NCBI GenBank assembly: GCA_025603075.1
Contig: MU626359.1
Location: forward strand, 13,842 to 77,841
DNA from: Neoconidiobolus thromboides FSU 785
Taxonomy: Eukaryota; Fungi; Entomophthoromycota
Length of the DNA: 64,000 nucleotides
Direction: 5' to 3'
Positions within the stretch are counted from its first letter, which is position 1. The number at the start of each line of letters is the position of its first letter. The notes under the pieces are model-generated. The model saw only the letters and a program-made list of their open reading frames with translations. It did not search any database and was not told the origin of the DNA. The translations under genes and the position numbers were made by a program. Below are positions 61,560 to 64,000 of this stretch, piece after piece.

Positions 61560-62400
61560 AAAAATCTAAGTCAAATATTAGTGCTCTAAAAGGTGATGAT
61601 CAAGTTTTAACTGAAATTCTCTCAAATAATATTCTGAATGTTTCAAATAAGAACTATAACATGTATCAAGCATCATTCAACATCCAATAACGATGGATTC
61701 GTCAATGTCTTGCTCTATATCTTCTAAATCAAAAGGTAAATTTGAAGTATATCGTATAGAAGGTTATCCCATATATAATTGAAAAGCTTAAATATCATTC
61801 AGTATTCAAATTAAAAGATCATAAAGGGATGTTTTTTTGTTTCACTACTTTTCCACTTTTTAAGCGCTATTTGAGTGGAAAATTTGTTAGTGAAATATTT
61901 AAACATAAAAATATATCCACAACTTAAAATTGGATTCAATAATGAAGATAGAGAATTGACATTGCAATAAAAATGGGAAACTAACGGACATGAGGTTAAA
62001 ACATTAAAAGTGTGGCATAACTAAAATTACCATACGTTTAATATTATTGAATATCAGAAACGAGTGTATTCATAAAGAGTTAGGAGAAAGCTTAAAAACC
62101 AAGTTTAATGTTTACAGAAAAGTTGTTTCTTGTATCCATTTATTAGATCCTGATCAAATCCGCTATTACAATACTGCATTGACATTTCTTATGCTAAATA
62201 ATGAAGTCTTATTTAATAAGTTGGGAATGCCAACTAAACTTTCAGTCAATGGAGATTCTCCGCCAACTATTTGTACATATGGGCCAGCTAAAATCGAACG
62301 CTTTCATTGTAGGAGTGCTGAACGTAAGGGTAATCTGTGCAAGGCTGCTTAAACTTTGGAAAAGTCATTTGATTCTATGGAAATTAGCACAAGCGTTAGT
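61560..62400 (+). pseudogene. Unknown family B, degraded copy 2, interrupted by a MITE
   Basis: KVWHN..KELGESLKTKFNVYR..LLDP..YYNTALTF..NNEVLFNKL; stops upstream. Confidence 0.6.
61820..61922 (-). mobile_element. MITE-like element
   Basis: Reverse family core ttccactttttaagcgctatttgagtggaaaatttgttag. Confidence 0.85.
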
Positions 62401-62525
62401 GTAAATATTAAAAATAAAAAATAAATAGCAGATATAGCTTTACATTTTAATTGATGTTTGAATTTGTATATTTTTTAGCAGCCATATTGACTTTGAATTC
62501 TTTATTTAATAAATTAATCTGTATC

Positions 62526-62632
62526 AAATGGGAGTGTTTTTTTTGGCTTCATTACTTTTTCCGTCTTTTAAGCACTATTTAAGTAGAAAGATTGTTAGCA
62601 AAATTCTTAAACACAAAAATACATCCCCAAAT
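62526..62632 (-). mobile_element. MITE-like element
   Basis: atgggagtgttttttttggcttcattac...cttaaacacaaaaatacatcccc. Confidence 0.88.
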
Positions 62633-62769
62633 GTTTTACTATTTTTGTAGTTTTAATTTGTTATCCAACTTTAAATGAGTAAACATAAGTAACTTATTTA
62701 GCTTTTGTATTATGTTTAATATATATAAATAAGAGAATATAGTTTACAACGAATCTGTCTGTTTAGAGT

Positions 62770-63250
62770 AAAATTCATATGACCAAAGCTTATAGAGGTT
62801 TCTGTGTGGATAGAATCAAGGGTAAAAAAGTATAGTAGAAACATAATAAATATGATGTTGGTATGGCTGCGGTCTAAAGCGATTTTAGCTAATGATGAAA
62901 GGATTTGTGAAATTGCTGTTTTGTATAATTTTGTTTTTTGATACAAAAGAGAAGCCCATATCTTTTTTTATGGGTTGACCTAGATTTCAGGCCATTGGAG
63001 TTTAGAACCTAGTTTGTCAGAAAAATGATTCAATAGAATGCTGAAAAAAATGATTTAGGAAAGGCTAATAAACATGATTTCTACAATGCTTTTGTAGTTT
63101 TAACCCTCAAAGCCACTGATAAATTTGTGAGCTTTCCAACGTGTATAGGTAAGAGCAAAACAAGTATTTATTTTATCAGCCATAATGATTTGATTTTAAA
63201 TTTGGATCCAAAAAAGCAAATTATTTTTAATAAATTCTTATTTTACTTTC
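62770..63250 (-). pseudogene. Decayed Tc1/mariner-like transposase remnant
   Basis: Ordered fragments CFA..VGKL..NYKSI, KLQWPEI*VNP*KKIWASL (cf. WPxxSPDLNPIExxW) and LILSTQKPL*ALVI (cf. LIxSMPxRLxAVI). Confidence 0.5.
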
Positions 63251-63770
63251 TTCTTTATTAGTATTTGAATAAAATTCACTATTAGTTTCATTAACGTAAA
63301 ATTTAATATTAATCTACTTTAGCCTTTAACCTCAACTTTGGCATTAAATATTAGAATTAAATGATGCTAATTTCTCATGTAGTATAATTTAGAATCTCTT
63401 AATAGTACAATAAATTTTGAATCTAAAATTCAATGTATATAACTAATATTCATACTATCTTTATTAAATATAATATAACTTACAAAAAATACCACTATGA
63501 TATAAGAGTTTGATAAATGACATTTGGCTTTATAATATTTTTACCTTTGAAGAACCAACTTATAAATAGATTTTTTTAAAGAACAGTTCAAGAATAGTTA
63601 AAAAAGTAATCCCTTAAATGACATCCAAATGCTACGTGAATCCAAGCAATGGAAAAAATTTAAAAAAAGTTCTAATTAAATTTAAACGGAGTAATTATAA
63701 TCTCCGTCCAAAGCATTATAAAACCAATTTCAAATATTTTTTACAGTTAACCTTGAATCAAATTAAAACA

Positions 63771-64000
63771 ATGAAATTCAATACCATCTTATTATCTGCT
63801 ATCACTTACTTTGCTGCAAGTTCTTTAGCTTATCACACTAAACATCATGGTGTAAGAGCTATTGGCGATGAAATTATCGGTGGCTTTAAAGGATTATTAC
63901 ATATCCGCGGCGGACAATCAATTGCTGATCATTGCCAGATTGAGCAAAAGATTTCTCAAGTTACAAAGAGAGAACAATTTGATACCATTCTTAATACTTG
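63771..64000 (+). CDS. Small secreted protein family A, open to the window edge (3' truncated by the window)
   Basis: MKFNTILLSAITYFAASSLAYHTKHHGVRAIGDEIIGGFKGLLHIRGGQSIADHCQIEQKISQV..; absent from the ORF track because its stop lies outside the window. Confidence 0.85.
   Translation, partial: MKFNTILLSAITYFAASSLAYHTKHHGVRAIGDEIIGGFKGLLHIRGGQSIADHCQIEQKISQVTKREQFDTILNT

Noticed and set aside
901-62632. Repeat family as a CRISPR array, SINE or oriented terminator
   Set aside because: Copies are dispersed, not regularly spaced; no A/B boxes or poly(A) tail; orientation relative to neighbouring 3' ends is inconsistent (antisense at 901 and 19327, sense at 22441, 34557 and 34840).

Overview
AT-rich eukaryotic DNA with short GT-AG introns, from a fungus. 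An early-diverging lineage (Zoopagomycota/Conidiobolus-like) is plausible, but that is inference from composition, intron size and a NEDD1-like gene. Conserved genes: GH17 glucanase, homeodomain protein, S41-type secreted peptidase, PAB1, Crz1-like C2H2 factor, SCC2/NIPBL, NTH1, DUF4097-like membrane protein, NEDD1-like WD40 protein, pantothenate kinase and a MUN/C2 protein. Three tRNA genes: two identical Trp-CCA and one Leu-AAG. The accessory content is rich. (1) A ~98-bp TIR element occurs about 30 times; it is flanked by ATAT, shows filled versus empty sites within the window, and close neighbours are mostly in inverted orientation. (2) A small secreted protein family has seven copies (one complete intact, one intact up to the window edge, five pseudogenes) and a shared upstream motif. 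(3) Four diverged TM-SPRY-PPxY (Ssh4/Ear1-like) paralogs share one intron position. (4) Two secreted proteins carry Lys/Tyr/Pro repeats. (5) There are decayed IS630/Tc1-like transposase remnants. All calls were made by eye without database searches; boundaries of multi-exon genes, pseudogenes and degenerate repeats are approximate.
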